Below are positions 13,063-23,600 of a DNA stretch of 64,000 nt, piece by piece. Source of the stretch: Iphione sp. A-MEVVRFRX5. Lineage: Eukaryota. The stretch's first letter is position 1. Each line of letters starts with the position of its first letter. The notes beneath the pieces are model-generated. The model saw only the letters and a program-made list of their open reading frames with translations, ran no database searches and was not told the origin of the DNA. Both the position numbers and the translations under genes were made by a program. The DNA lies in NCBI GenBank assembly GCA_976226885.1, contig OZ320317.1:3100001-3164000 (forward strand), in the 5' to 3' direction.

Positions 13063-13424
13063 GAACCATTATTTTTTAGTTTTAGATTGACATTTGATCA
13101 CGGTGTCAGCCAGGGTGGCTGCTCTTAGCACAGTGTCTTTGGGAGTGGGCAAGGAGTCTTACCAGGTCTCCCGTAGGCTGACTGGGTGTCTAACGCCACT
13201 GTGGGGGGGCTGGGCCCCCCAATTTGTGGGCTACGGTGCCCTTCTTTGCCTGCATTTCCCCCCTTATATGAATGGGAGATAGGGCAGGTTTCAAATGTCT
13301 GACACCTGTAATCGCTGTCACTCCCTGCAGTGCCTAAGTCAGTCAGGGGCTTTCCACTGGAGGTAAGGGGCAATTTTTATGAACGTGGCTAGGTCCAGTG
13401 GTGTCCCTGGTCTGATGACGCGCT

Positions 13425-14509
13425 CTAATTAAAGGTAGCATCCATGATGTTCAGGCCCATGGGTGCGACAGTGTTTAGCCGGTGGATCCAATTGTGTTCA
13501 ATTAGATCTCGTAGCTTCTTTGCATGTGCGGTGTCTGGTTTCGCATGTACAAAGTCCACTATGTGGATTTCGATATCAGCGATGCCTTGGTGTTCGCTGT
13601 CATTGAAATGGTTGCCAACGATGGAGGCACCTGAATTGCGTTTGATGTTCCCAAAGTGTCCTTGGAATCTGTCCATCAAACGGTTTTTGGTCTGGCCTAC
13701 GTATTGTAGGCCACATCTAGTGCATGTTATGCAGTACATGAGATTAGAACTTTTACAACAGACATTTGTTTTTGTTGCGTATGTTTGTTTGTGGTATGTG
13801 CTTTGGATATGTCCAGATTTGTTGATTTTCGGACAGTATCTGCACATATGTGTGTTGCACTTGTTCAAGGCAGGTTTTGGTTTGTCTTCTGGTCGTTGTG
13901 GTAGTTTGGCTCTTACCAACAAATCTCTGAGGTTTTTCGGGCGTCGCAGGCCACAAATAAAACCTCTTTTGTGGGTGTTCCATGTTGCACAAGAGTGGCC
14001 CAGCAGGTCCCAATTGTCCGAGACCCCTTGTTTGAGGCCGTTGAATGATGGGTGGAACGTGATCACTAGGATGTTTTCGTCCTTCGTTGTTCCGTGGCGT
14101 TCGTTGGTGGATAAGAGGTCTGTACGTGATAGTCCCCGAGCCTTGTCGTACGCATCACTCACCAGTTCGGGTGGATACCATCTTCGGACGAAGGCTTCCC
14201 CTAGTTTGATGGCCGAATCAGTGAAGTCTTCATCCCTGCTACAGATCCGTCTGATGCGTAGGAACTGCCCGAACGGGATGCCCCGTTTGCAGTGTAGCGG
14301 ATGGCATGAAGAATATGGCAAATATTTGAAGCCGTCGGATGCTTTGTGAAAGACCCTCGACATCAATTTGCCCTTTGGTCCCACATAGACTGTGGTGTCT
14401 AAGTAGTCTATCGAGTTTGGAGAGTGTTGCATGGTGAATTTTATGCTCGGATGGCACAAGTTTAAATGTGCCAGAAACTCAATGAGTGTGTCTTCGCCGT
14501 GTGTCCAAA
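13425..14509 (-). pseudogene. 5'-truncated second copy of the Penelope thumb/GIY-YIG region, serving as the upstream pLTR
   Basis: Track ORF 13425-14459 is nearly identical to the C-terminal 344 aa of 7789-9570; similarity stops at an A-run near 14509. Confidence 0.9.
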
Positions 14510-14647
14510 AAAAAACATTTTGTACTTAAGATCCTCGGGATGTTATACCATTAATCAAGCATTACACAGTTTATGCCAGTCCATTAAAGCACCAGTCTTG
14601 TAGTCATACTGCTGTCGTGTCAATCAACATTAGAGGCAGCAGCAGTC

Positions 14648-16177
14648 TCACACCACAGCCTCCTTGGGCAGTTTGACTCGCCGCTTCAGATCGTCTGATA
14701 AGGCATTCCATTTGGCAATGCCATGATATGCCAGACATCTTGCAAAGGCAGTGTTCTTTGGTCTGAGTACGTGGGCTCGTTGCGAGGCACCCCTTCGAGT
14801 CTTGGTTCTCTCTGCAGGTGTCAGGCAACCGAGCCTCATCAGTCTGTGCACGGCCATGATCCCATGCCAACTGATGATGTGCTTTACTCTGTCGAGGAAC
14901 AGTATCTCCATGAGCTTCCTGGAACTAAGAAACTCTCCAACCTGTACTGCAATCCTAGCACAGCGGTTAACATGTATTTGAAGGTCCTGTAATGCAGCAC
15001 TCCTCACTCCATAATAAAGGAATGAGTTAAAGTGTAAATGGCTGCTTACTAGCGAGTTGAACAGAGTCTTTCTTACCCCGATGGGCAGCATGTGCTTGGC
15101 CCTTCCAATTGCAAGTGACCCTGCCCACATTTTCTTCTTGAGCAGGTTGCGGCTTTCCCTGAAAGTGAGTTTAGTGTCGATAGAGTAACCCAACGAGGTA
15201 AGCAACTCAGTCGACACAACCTTTACCCCGTTGAGGGAGACATCAAGGTCTAGCCCTGCTGCTTTCCCAAGCGGCATGCAGAGGCATTTTGTTTCACTCA
15301 GGAGAAAGCCATTATTGCTGCACCACTTAGAGATTTTATTCGCACTAAGTTGTACCAGTGCTCGCAGCTGCAACAGATCTGACGCATGGCATAATACAGT
15401 CAGGTCGTCAGCGTACAGGATCCGAGTGGCATTATCAGGAAGCACGTTGCAGACTCCATCAACCGCTATATGAAATGCCACCGGGCCCAGTACTGACCCT
15501 TGAGGTACCCCGTGCAGCAGTTGTTTCTTTCGGGAGCAAGCGTCACCATATCTCACAAATTGCTTGCGTCCCTCAAAGTAGCCCCTCAGCATTCTGATGA
15601 TTCGAAGGCTTGCCCCATAGTGCTGTAGCTTCGACAAGATGAGTTCGTGTTGAACAAGGTCGAATGCCTTCCTAAGGTCTACTGCCAGGAGGCAGCAGTA
15701 TCGACCAGCATTAAGCAACTCCCATGATTTCAGCAGAATCAATGAGACAGCAGTCTCTGTGCTTCTGCCTTGTGTGAAACCATGTTGGTTGCTGCCAATC
15801 ACGCCTCTCAGATGTAAGTGCTGTCGGATTCCCGTTGTGAGCCATGTTTCCCAAATTTTACCCGGCATGGGTAAAATTGATACAGGGCGATAGTTGGACA
15901 ACGAGGCTGGGTCTCCCTTTTTTAGCACAGGTTTAACTCTGGCTAATTTCCAAGCCACAGGGTACTTGCCAGTCATAGTTATCCTTTGGAATAACCAGCA
16001 AAGGTAGTCTAGGCAGCCTAGCAGGATACCTTTTAGTATCCGAGTTGGTACCCCATCAACTCCAGACGCCTTGTTCGTTTTAACTCTCAGAACATGTTGT
16101 CTCAGCTGAATTGGGGTTGGGTCATCAATGTGAAACTTCCGGTTTGTCCAGTCAGATTGACCCCAGTCATCAGTCAC
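14648..16177 (-). CDS. Uninterrupted LINE-type reverse transcriptase domain (5'-truncated ORF2, no endonuclease, no ATG start)
   Basis: 509-aa open frame with KASGVDG, NYRPVSILP, QHGF..GRST, DLRKAFD, GVPQGSVLGP, LYADD and KWNALS; it begins at the edge of a GA tract. Confidence 0.9.
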   Translation of the reverse strand: MTDDWGQSDWTNRKFHIDDPTPIQLRQHVLRVKTNKASGVDGVPTRILKGILLGCLDYLCWLFQRITMTGKYPVAWKLARVKPVLKKGDPASLSNYRPVSILPMPGKIWETWLTTGIRQHLHLRGVIGSNQHGFTQGRSTETAVSLILLKSWELLNAGRYCCLLAVDLRKAFDLVQHELILSKLQHYGASLRIIRMLRGYFEGRKQFVRYGDACSRKKQLLHGVPQGSVLGPVAFHIAVDGVCNVLPDNATRILYADDLTVLCHASDLLQLRALVQLSANKISKWCSNNGFLLSETKCLCMPLGKAAGLDLDVSLNGVKVVSTELLTSLGYSIDTKLTFRESRNLLKKKMWAGSLAIGRAKHMLPIGVRKTLFNSLVSSHLHFNSFLYYGVRSAALQDLQIHVNRCARIAVQVGEFLSSRKLMEILFLDRVKHIISWHGIMAVHRLMRLGCLTPAERTKTRRGASQRAHVLRPKNTAFARCLAYHGIAKWNALSDDLKRRVKLPKEAVV

Positions 16178-16185
16178 AGCAGGGG

Positions 16186-16320
16186 AGGCAAGGGATGAAG
16201 AAGAGATAAGAGAGGGAGAGAGAAATGGGGAGAGAGGGAGAGAGGGAGGAAAAAGAGGGTGGGAGAGAGATTGAGGGAGAGAGACAGGATTGGAGAGAGA
16301 TAGTGGGAGGGAAGAAGAAA
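16186..16320 (+). repeat. GA-rich tract, likely the other half of 5810-6814
   Basis: Same composition as 5810-6814 and directly abuts the LINE 5' end. Confidence 0.8.
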
Positions 16321-16925
16321 AGCCATTTTGTTTAAAAACAGCTCATGCTACACTCTACATAGCATCATTCTTCCAGTATCTTGATCACACAAAAACCAGT
16401 AGGAGGTCCCCACCTTCTATCACTGCAAGCAATCTCCATATGATATTCTCAACTCCATAGCCTCATCTGCTAACAACTCTTTATATCCATGTGACATATT
16501 ACTTGATGTTCAGCTTGAATACTATCATCCCCCTATTTTCCTCCCAGATCCACTACAGTTATAAAGCCCTCATGAAATTTACACTGTGCATAAACAAATT
16601 TTCCAAGGCAGCACCCTATTCTCATTTCCAACTCTTCAACATAAAGAAACTACAGAAGGGTGATGGCACAAGTTTTCTGCACACATGGGGTATACAGAAA
16701 GTCCAAAATAACAGTCAGAACAATGCACACAATGCATGTTATCTCTGCCAGTATCCTTGCAATTCTTACGATCTGTTCATCTGTTCTGCCAGTCAATACC
16801 ACTGCTGTAAATAAATGTTTCAGCATTTTCATTTATTCTAACTGTACCTCAGCATCACTGAAAAGACAATTCACTGGATACAAAATAAAAGTATCAAAAT
16901 GAATTTGTTTCTTTCATTTTATTCC

Positions 16926-18183
16926 GGCAGGTATAATGCCCATTATGCAGGTATAACTCTCCCTGCAGGCACCAGAGGGAGTCCTACCACCAGCACTGCT
17001 GCCCTCTGTGGGCAGTCCTTGCCTGGTAGCTAGGCAACCAGGTACACAACAACATTCAAACCAGGCCTACTCTCTCAGTGTTTGATATCCTCGAAATGTT
17101 TAAATTGGTGAATTTGTCAGATAAATATGAGTTTGCCTTGTGGGCGTGTGTAGTGACGAGCTTCCGGACACTCCTCAGGAAGTTGAACCTAGTGATGGAC
17201 GCTAATTCCAACCAAGGCCATGTCTTAAAGAGACGTGACGTGACTTTCAGCCAGTGGGGGTGTACCATCAGGATTTCATCATCAAAGACTATACAGTACA
17301 AGCAGTGCGTTCTGGAGATCCCAGTAGCAAAGGTGCAGGGCTCCGGCCTATGTGCCTGTAGACTGCTGGAGCGGCACGTCAAGGAAGTTCAGCACACCAG
17401 TGAAGAGGATTGCCTCTTCCTGAAGGAATCGGGGAATGGGATGAGTCCAATCACCTACAAGGAGCTGCTGGCCTTCATGAAGAAGCTGGCCCAGGGGATA
17501 GGCAAACTGGTCAGCAAGCTAGGCCCGCACGCGCTAAGGAGGGCAGGGGCGGCCTTCCTCCATGATAGCTGGGTGCCAATTGAGGACATTATGGCCAGAG
17601 GGGATTGGCACAGCCCAGCGGTTCTAGTGTATCTGGCCAAGCCTCTGGAGAGGCTCATGGTGTTGGAAAAGTCAGTAGCGGGGACACTTAAGGAGATCTC
17701 AAACTGAAAAAAAAACAAAAAAACTGTAAGCATGTTTGTTTGTTTAGCAACAGTGTTTGGAGTCTGGGGGGTATGGGGCTCTGGCCCCATCCGCCGACTC
17801 TGCCAAGCTATCCAGGTGTCTAGTCCCTGATTGAGTTATGGCAGGTATAATGCCCATTATGCAGGTATAACTCTCCCTGCAGGCACAAGAGGGAGTCCTA
17901 CCACCAGCACTGCTGCCCTCTGTAGGCAGTCCTGGCCTGGTAGCCAGGCAACCAGGTACACAACAACATTCAAACCAGCTCAGCTGTTGGGTCAGGCAGG
18001 TAGCCAGGAGTATGTACACTCCAGCAAAAATTCTTTTTTGTACTCTACTAAGCTGTTTCAGCGCATAGCGCTCGAGTTGTATTTGTTTGCTTCATGTGTT
18101 CAGCAATAAGGGGGGTATGGGGCTCTGGCCCCATCCGCCGACTCTGCCAAACTATCCCGGTGTCTAGTCCCTGATTGAGTTAT
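16926..18183 (+). mobile_element. Internally deleted Ngaro-type (split direct repeat) YR retroelement
   Basis: A1 16926-17064 matches A2 17840-17978 (139 bp); B1 17766-17839 matches B2 18110-18183 (74 bp); order is A1-YR-B1-A2-spacer-B2. Confidence 0.88.
17078..17707 (+). CDS. Tyrosine recombinase catalytic domain, N-terminally truncated
   Basis: Open frame with LLRKLNL (R), SSKT (K), HALRRAGA (H-x-x-R), GDWHS and VLVYL (Y). Confidence 0.85.
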   Translation: MFDILEMFKLVNLSDKYEFALWACVVTSFRTLLRKLNLVMDANSNQGHVLKRRDVTFSQWGCTIRISSSKTIQYKQCVLEIPVAKVQGSGLCACRLLERHVKEVQHTSEEDCLFLKESGNGMSPITYKELLAFMKKLAQGIGKLVSKLGPHALRRAGAAFLHDSWVPIEDIMARGDWHSPAVLVYLAKPLERLMVLEKSVAGTLKEISN

Positions 18184-18227
18184 ATTATACCATAATGAAG
18201 GAAATGAATATCCTATCCATATCTGAG

Positions 18228-18300
18228 GCCTCAATAGTTTAGTGGCTGTCTGAGGTTTAATCGATGCCAGGTTCAATTCCCACTGAGACTATAAAAAAAT
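18228..18300 (+). mobile_element. Possible tRNA-derived SINE head
   Basis: A-box-like TAGTTTAGTGG (18235-18245) and B-box GGTTCAATTCC (18270-18280); no cloverleaf and no CCA end. Confidence 0.35.
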
Positions 18301-18471
18301 GTTTTTCCATGATTCATGAAATGACATCATTATTAAAATCTAGGTCAAATGATGAAGTGATCATACCATGGCTGTTTAAAATGACCTTGACCTTTTGATA
18401 GATTTTCAACCAATCAGGTTTAAGAAACATGGAACAACATTTTGTCTCACAACTCATATTTGTCATTCCAG

Positions 18472-20649
18472 AAAAAGTTTCACTTGGCTAATCTCATCCA
18501 TGAGAGTCAGCAGGAGGAACTGGCTCAGGAGCTAGGTGGCCATCTTCTTCAAGGAGGTGGTTTATATCTGTCAGGAGCCTTTACAGCTGTGGACTGTAAG
18601 GCTCTGCGATACACAATCAGAGGACATCATGACAGGTTTAAGCAGTTTGCATTAAGTGGCACATTAGATGTGGCCAGTGGTGATGAGTCTCCTACTAAAG
18701 GAGGCAGTTCACCTCAGGCAGATGGTGATTGACCAGTCAACTATGGGAGTGCAGACCTTCTCCTTGATGATGAGTTCATTTAGTGGCTCTCAAGACCTGA
18801 GCACTCTGTGGATAATGAGGGTCACCATCACAGATGAGCGTGAGTCAGATCAGAGGGATCAGGCAAGGAGAGATACTGACACTAGCAGTCAGGCGCCTCC
18901 TACAGATGAGAGGACAAGACTCCCTACAGATGGAGATGAAGAGTCAGATCTGAGTGATCAGAGTATGAGGGCTGCAGACACTACCAGTCAGGAGCCCCTC
19001 CCTGCAAAGAGAAGACTACCTCCTGTTGGCAATGAAGAGTCAAACCCTGATGGTGAGAGGAGGGAGGATACAGACATTACAAGTGAAGAGCCTCCCATGG
19101 AGAAGCACACACTCCCCACAGATGAAGAGGATGAAGCAAGTCTGAGTGATCAGACAAGAAGGGACTCTGACAAGACCAGCAGTTTGTATCATGAGTACAT
19201 CTTAACTAAGGGAAGCATGGAAGGTCTGAGTCATGTCCTCACCTCTACAACCTTAGAGAGACTGGACCTATGGTACCAAACTAGCCATGGTGGTATGGAG
19301 TACCTAGCAGCAGCATTGAGGAGGAGCAGCATCCTCGACAATCTCAACCTGACAGAGATGCACCTCAAGCATGAGGACTGGGTGCGCCTGAGTGATGATA
19401 TATCACACAGTACCAGCCTCAACCATCTCACCATGAGGGAGATGCACCTCAACCATGAGGACTGGGTGTACCTGTGTGATGGTATATCACACAATTCCAG
19501 CTTTACCCATCTCAGCCTGTTGGGGGTGTCCCTCAAGCATGAGGACTGGGTGTGCCTGAGTGATGGTATATCACACAGTACCAGCCTCAACCACCTAACC
19601 CTGTATCACATGTACCTCAACCCTTAGGACTGGGTGTGCCTGATTAATGGGATATCACACAGTACCAGCCTCAACCATCTCAGCCTGGCTTACATGCACC
19701 TCAACCATGAGGACTGGGTGTGCCTGTGTCATGGTATATCACACAGTACTGGCCTCAACCTGTAATGCAGTTACTATTGATGAAGATGTATTAGAACGTC
19801 TTGTGTGATCCTTAATGAGTGGATAAGTAAAAGGGAGTTACATTGTATTCTGCGGAATGTATATTATGAAATAAAATACAATGTCTGTATAGTGTATAGA
19901 TAGATGAATTACAAGTAAAGCCTTGTGCAAAGTATGTGGATGTTTACTGAGAAAATTTTCGCTTGCACTACACAGGATGTAGTCTATCTTTCGTCCGCTT
20001 CACAATTCTTCACTTATCAGTAACCAGAGCCTTGTCGTTAAAGTAACGGTTGTTCACACGGTGTCCGGGCATGGCAACAAGATAGCGTGTAAGGTAATGC
20101 TTTGCTGCTACCCTGGATACGAGGTGCTATTGACGTCAGAGAGTAAAACTTTAATGACGCTTTCTCTGAACAAGATGTGTTTGACACTTGACGGACGACC
20201 ATATCCGGTTCGTCCAGTATAAAAGGTTGGCTGTCCGAGGAGTTAGTCAGACTCGCCCGGGTTGCTGCTGATGACGATTGTACCTGTACTACAAAGCTGA
20301 AGAATAAAAGGCTGACATCGAACCTGACTCGTGGTGTTGCTTTTGTGCTACAAACCATCTCAGCCTGCACAGGATGAACCTCAACCATGAGGACTGGGTC
20401 TGCCTGAGTGATGGTATATCAAGGAGCAGCCTTACTCACCTAGAGATAGAAGAGGAATCATTGAGTGATGAGGATATCAAAGTGCTCTGTGAGGGGGTTG
20501 AAGCATCGAGACACCTCCGTCATTTAAGTGTGAGGACATATGAGGATTACCCTCTCTCAGGAATAGCCAGGAGACGGCTGCCGGAACTGACACGAAGGCT
20601 AGAGCACCTCTGTATTCAGGGTGAAGATGTGTCAGAGGGAGGTAAGTGA
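18472..20649 (+). pseudogene. NLR-like (NACHT-LRR C-terminal) gene exon, disabled
   Basis: Acceptor TTCCAG ends at 18471. HLANLIHESQQEEL..LYLSGAFTAVDCKALRY resembles the NLR helical-domain-to-LRR junction. Six 28-aa LRRs (MHLNHEDWVCLSDGISHSTSLNHLSL..). Disabled by stops and a frameshift at 18730-18835, TAG at 19625 and a solo LTR at 19761. Possible donor GTAAGT at 20642. Confidence 0.7.
19761..20352 (+). mobile_element. Solo LTR, 592 bp, inserted in the LRR array
   Basis: Ends TGTAAT...GCTACA; TSD AACC (19757-19760 and 20353-20356); TATAAAA at 20218 and AATAAA at 20303. Removal restores GLNHLSLHRMNLNHEDW. Confidence 0.92.
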
Positions 20650-20699
20650 GAGAGAGGTGTCAGAGGGTAAAGTGACAGAGGTACATGAGTGGCAGGCAG

Positions 20700-23600
20700 G
20701 TTTAAGAGTCAAGCTACATGTAAGTAAGTGGAGGAGGGTTAGGTAGGAAGGGTTAACAGGAGGAGCTAGATAGTGGTCAAAGTAAGGAGAGACAGAATAC
20801 AAGGGTAGGGTAAATGGGAGATATTATATGTAGGTTGTGGTGAGTGGAGTAGAGGAAGGGAAGGGTTAAAGAGAGGAGTAATATATAGGTAGAGGTAAGT
20901 GGAGGAGGGTTAGGTAGGAAGGGTTAACAGGAGGAGCTAGATAGTGGTCAAAGTAAGGAGAGACAGAATACAAGGGTAGGGTAAATGGGAGATATTATAT
21001 GTAGGTTGTGGTGAGTGGAGTAGAGGAAGGGAAGGGTTAAAAAGAGGAGTAATATATAGGTAGAGGTAAGTGGAGGAGGGTTAGGTAGGAAGGGTTAACA
21101 GGAGGAGCTAGATAGTGGTCAAAGTAAGGAGAGACAGAACACATGGATAGGGTAAATGGGAGATAGTATATGTAGGTTGTGGTAAGTGGAGTAGACTTAT
21201 GCGGGAAGGGTTAAAGAGAGGAGTAATATTTAGGTAGAGGTAAGGGGAGGAGGGTTAGGTATGTTGGATTAAAAAGAGGAGTTGTACATTTAGATAAAGA
21301 GACAAGGGCTAGATAGGCAGGATTAAAGAGATGATTTAAATGCAGTGGGAAAAAAGGAGCAGAGGGTTAGGTAGGATGGGTTAAAGGGTGGAGTTATACA
21401 TAGGTGGAGCAAGGTAGAGAAGGGTTCTGTAGGAGGGATTACAGAGATTTGTCATATATAGGTTGGGGTCAGGAGAAAATGGTTAGGTAGGAGGGCTGAA
21501 AGGGAGGAGATATTTATTTGATGGTATTGGGAGGACAGGAAGTAGACAGCGATGTGCAATTTTTACACTAAAATATGTAACACAAGGGCTAGGGTCTCCT
21601 TTCTGAAGGTGCTACTGAGATATAGGGAGGAGGGATAGGTAGGCAGGGTTTAAGGTAGGGGTCTTATATAGGTAGCGGTAAGGAAGGAAGGTTAGGTAAA
21701 TTACATTAAAGAGAGGATTTAGATATTGTTGCAGGTAAGGAATGGAGGGCTCTATAGGTGGGGGTTATAAAGAGACGATATATATATATATATTTAGAGG
21801 TAAAAAGAGCAGGGTTAGTTAGATCAGGTTAAAGGAAAGAGTTATATATAGGTAGTGGTAAGGAAAGGAGTGTTGGGAAGGCAGGGTTGAAGGCAGAAGT
21901 TATATATAGGTGGAGGTGAGCAGATGAGGGCAAGGTAGGAATGGCTACAGGGAAGAGTTGCATAGAGGTTGAGAAATGGAAAGGAGGGTTTTGCAGGTAG
22001 AATTAAATGGAAAGATTTGTAGTTGATGGTATGATGAGAACAAGAAAGTACACAAAGCCAAAGGGAGAAGAAATACCATCGGCCCCCCCCCCTACCGGAC
22101 CCCTCGTGTCTGGAATATCATCATAATCGGAGGGTATTCGAATTACCAATTGTTTGGAGACGCATGGTGCTTGGGTTGCCACTCCAGACCCCCTCCCATC
22201 CGGACATTTTTTCGCATTCCGGTACCCCTCTGGTAAAGGGGGGCCGATGGTACATATGCAGATATTATGAGAGAAAGGTTAGGCAGGAGGGGTTAAATGG
22301 AGGAGTTATGTTTAGGTAGGGGTAAGCAAAGAAGGGTTAGGTAGGTGAATTTAAAGGGACGAGTTATATATAGGTGGAGGTAAGGAGATGAGTGTTAGGG
22401 AGGCAGGCAGGGTTATATATAACCAGAGGTAAGGAGTGGAGGGTAAGACTTGCTGTCATTAAAGGGAGGAGGTATATATACATGGAGATAAGGAGACGAG
22501 TGTTAGGTAAGCAGGGTTATATATAACCAGAGGTAAGGAGTGGAGGGTAAGACTTGCTGTCATTAAAGGGAGGAGGTATATATAGGTGGAGGTAAGGAGA
22601 CGAGTGTTAGGTAAGCAGGGTTATATATAACCAGAGGTAAGGAGTGGAGGGTAAGACTTGCTCTCATTAAAGGGAGGAGGTATATATACAGGGAGATAAG
22701 GAGACGAGTGTTAGGTAAGTAGGGTTATACATAACCAGAGGTAAGGAGCGGAGGGTAAGACTTGCTGTCATTAAAGGGAGGAGGTATATATACAGGGAGA
22801 TAAGGAGATGAGTGCTGGGTAAGCAGGGTTATATATAACCAGAGGTAAGGAATGGAGGGTAAGACTTGCTCTCATTAAAGGGAGGAGGTATATATACATG
22901 GAGATAAGGAGATGAGTGTTAGGTTAGCAGGGTTATATATAACCAGAGGTAAGGAGTGGAGGATAAGACTTGCTCTCATTAAAGGGAGGAGGTATATATA
23001 CATGGAGATAAGGAGACGAGTGTTATGTAAGCAGGGTTATATATAACCAGAGGTAAGGAGCGGAGGGTAAGACTTGCTGTCATTATAGGGAGGAGTTATA
23101 CATACATGGAGATAAGGAGACGAGTGTTAGGTTAGCAGGGTTATATATAACCAGAGGTAAGGAGCGGAGGGTAAGGCTTGCTGTCATTATAGGGAGGAGT
23201 TATATATACATGGAGATAAGGAGACGAGTGTTAGGTTAGCAGGGTTATATATAACCAGAGGTAAGGAGCGCAGGGTAAGACTTTCTGTCATTAAAGGGAG
23301 GAGGTATATATAAATGGAGATAAGGAGATGAGTGTTAGGTAAGCAGGGTTATATATAACCAGAAGTAAGGAGCGGAGGGTAAGACTTGCTCTCATTAAAG
23401 GGAGGAGGTATATATACATGGAGATAAGGAGACGAGTGTTACGTAAGCAGGGTTATTTATAACCAGAGGTAAGGAGCGGAGGGTAAGACTTTCTGTCATT
23501 ATAGGGAGGAGTTATATATACATGGAGATAAGGAGACGAGTGTTAGGTTAGCAGGGTTAAATATAGGCAGAGGTAAGGAGCGGAGGGTTAGGCTTACTGT

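Larger units (their letters stand above)
7198..14514 (-). mobile_element. Penelope-like retroelement (Neptune-like), partial tandem with pLTR
   Basis: RT plus GIY-YIG frame. The ~1.7-kb direct repeats 7198-8875 and 12814-14509 give the classic partial-tandem layout. Flanks ACATTCTGTACTAAAG (7182-7197) and ACATTTTGTACTTAAG (14515-14530) form a 14/16 TSD-like match. Confidence 0.92.

Noticed and set aside
17067-17080. Acceptor-like TACTCTCTCAG in the mini-Ngaro, suggesting origin from a spliced RNA
   Set aside because: It lies mid-YR rather than at the DP start seen in the other two elements, and the only short upstream ORF in A1 ends at a phase-0 donor, which does not match.
18228-18300. Functional tRNA gene
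   Set aside because: The A and B boxes are too close and no cloverleaf forms; retained only as a low-confidence SINE head.
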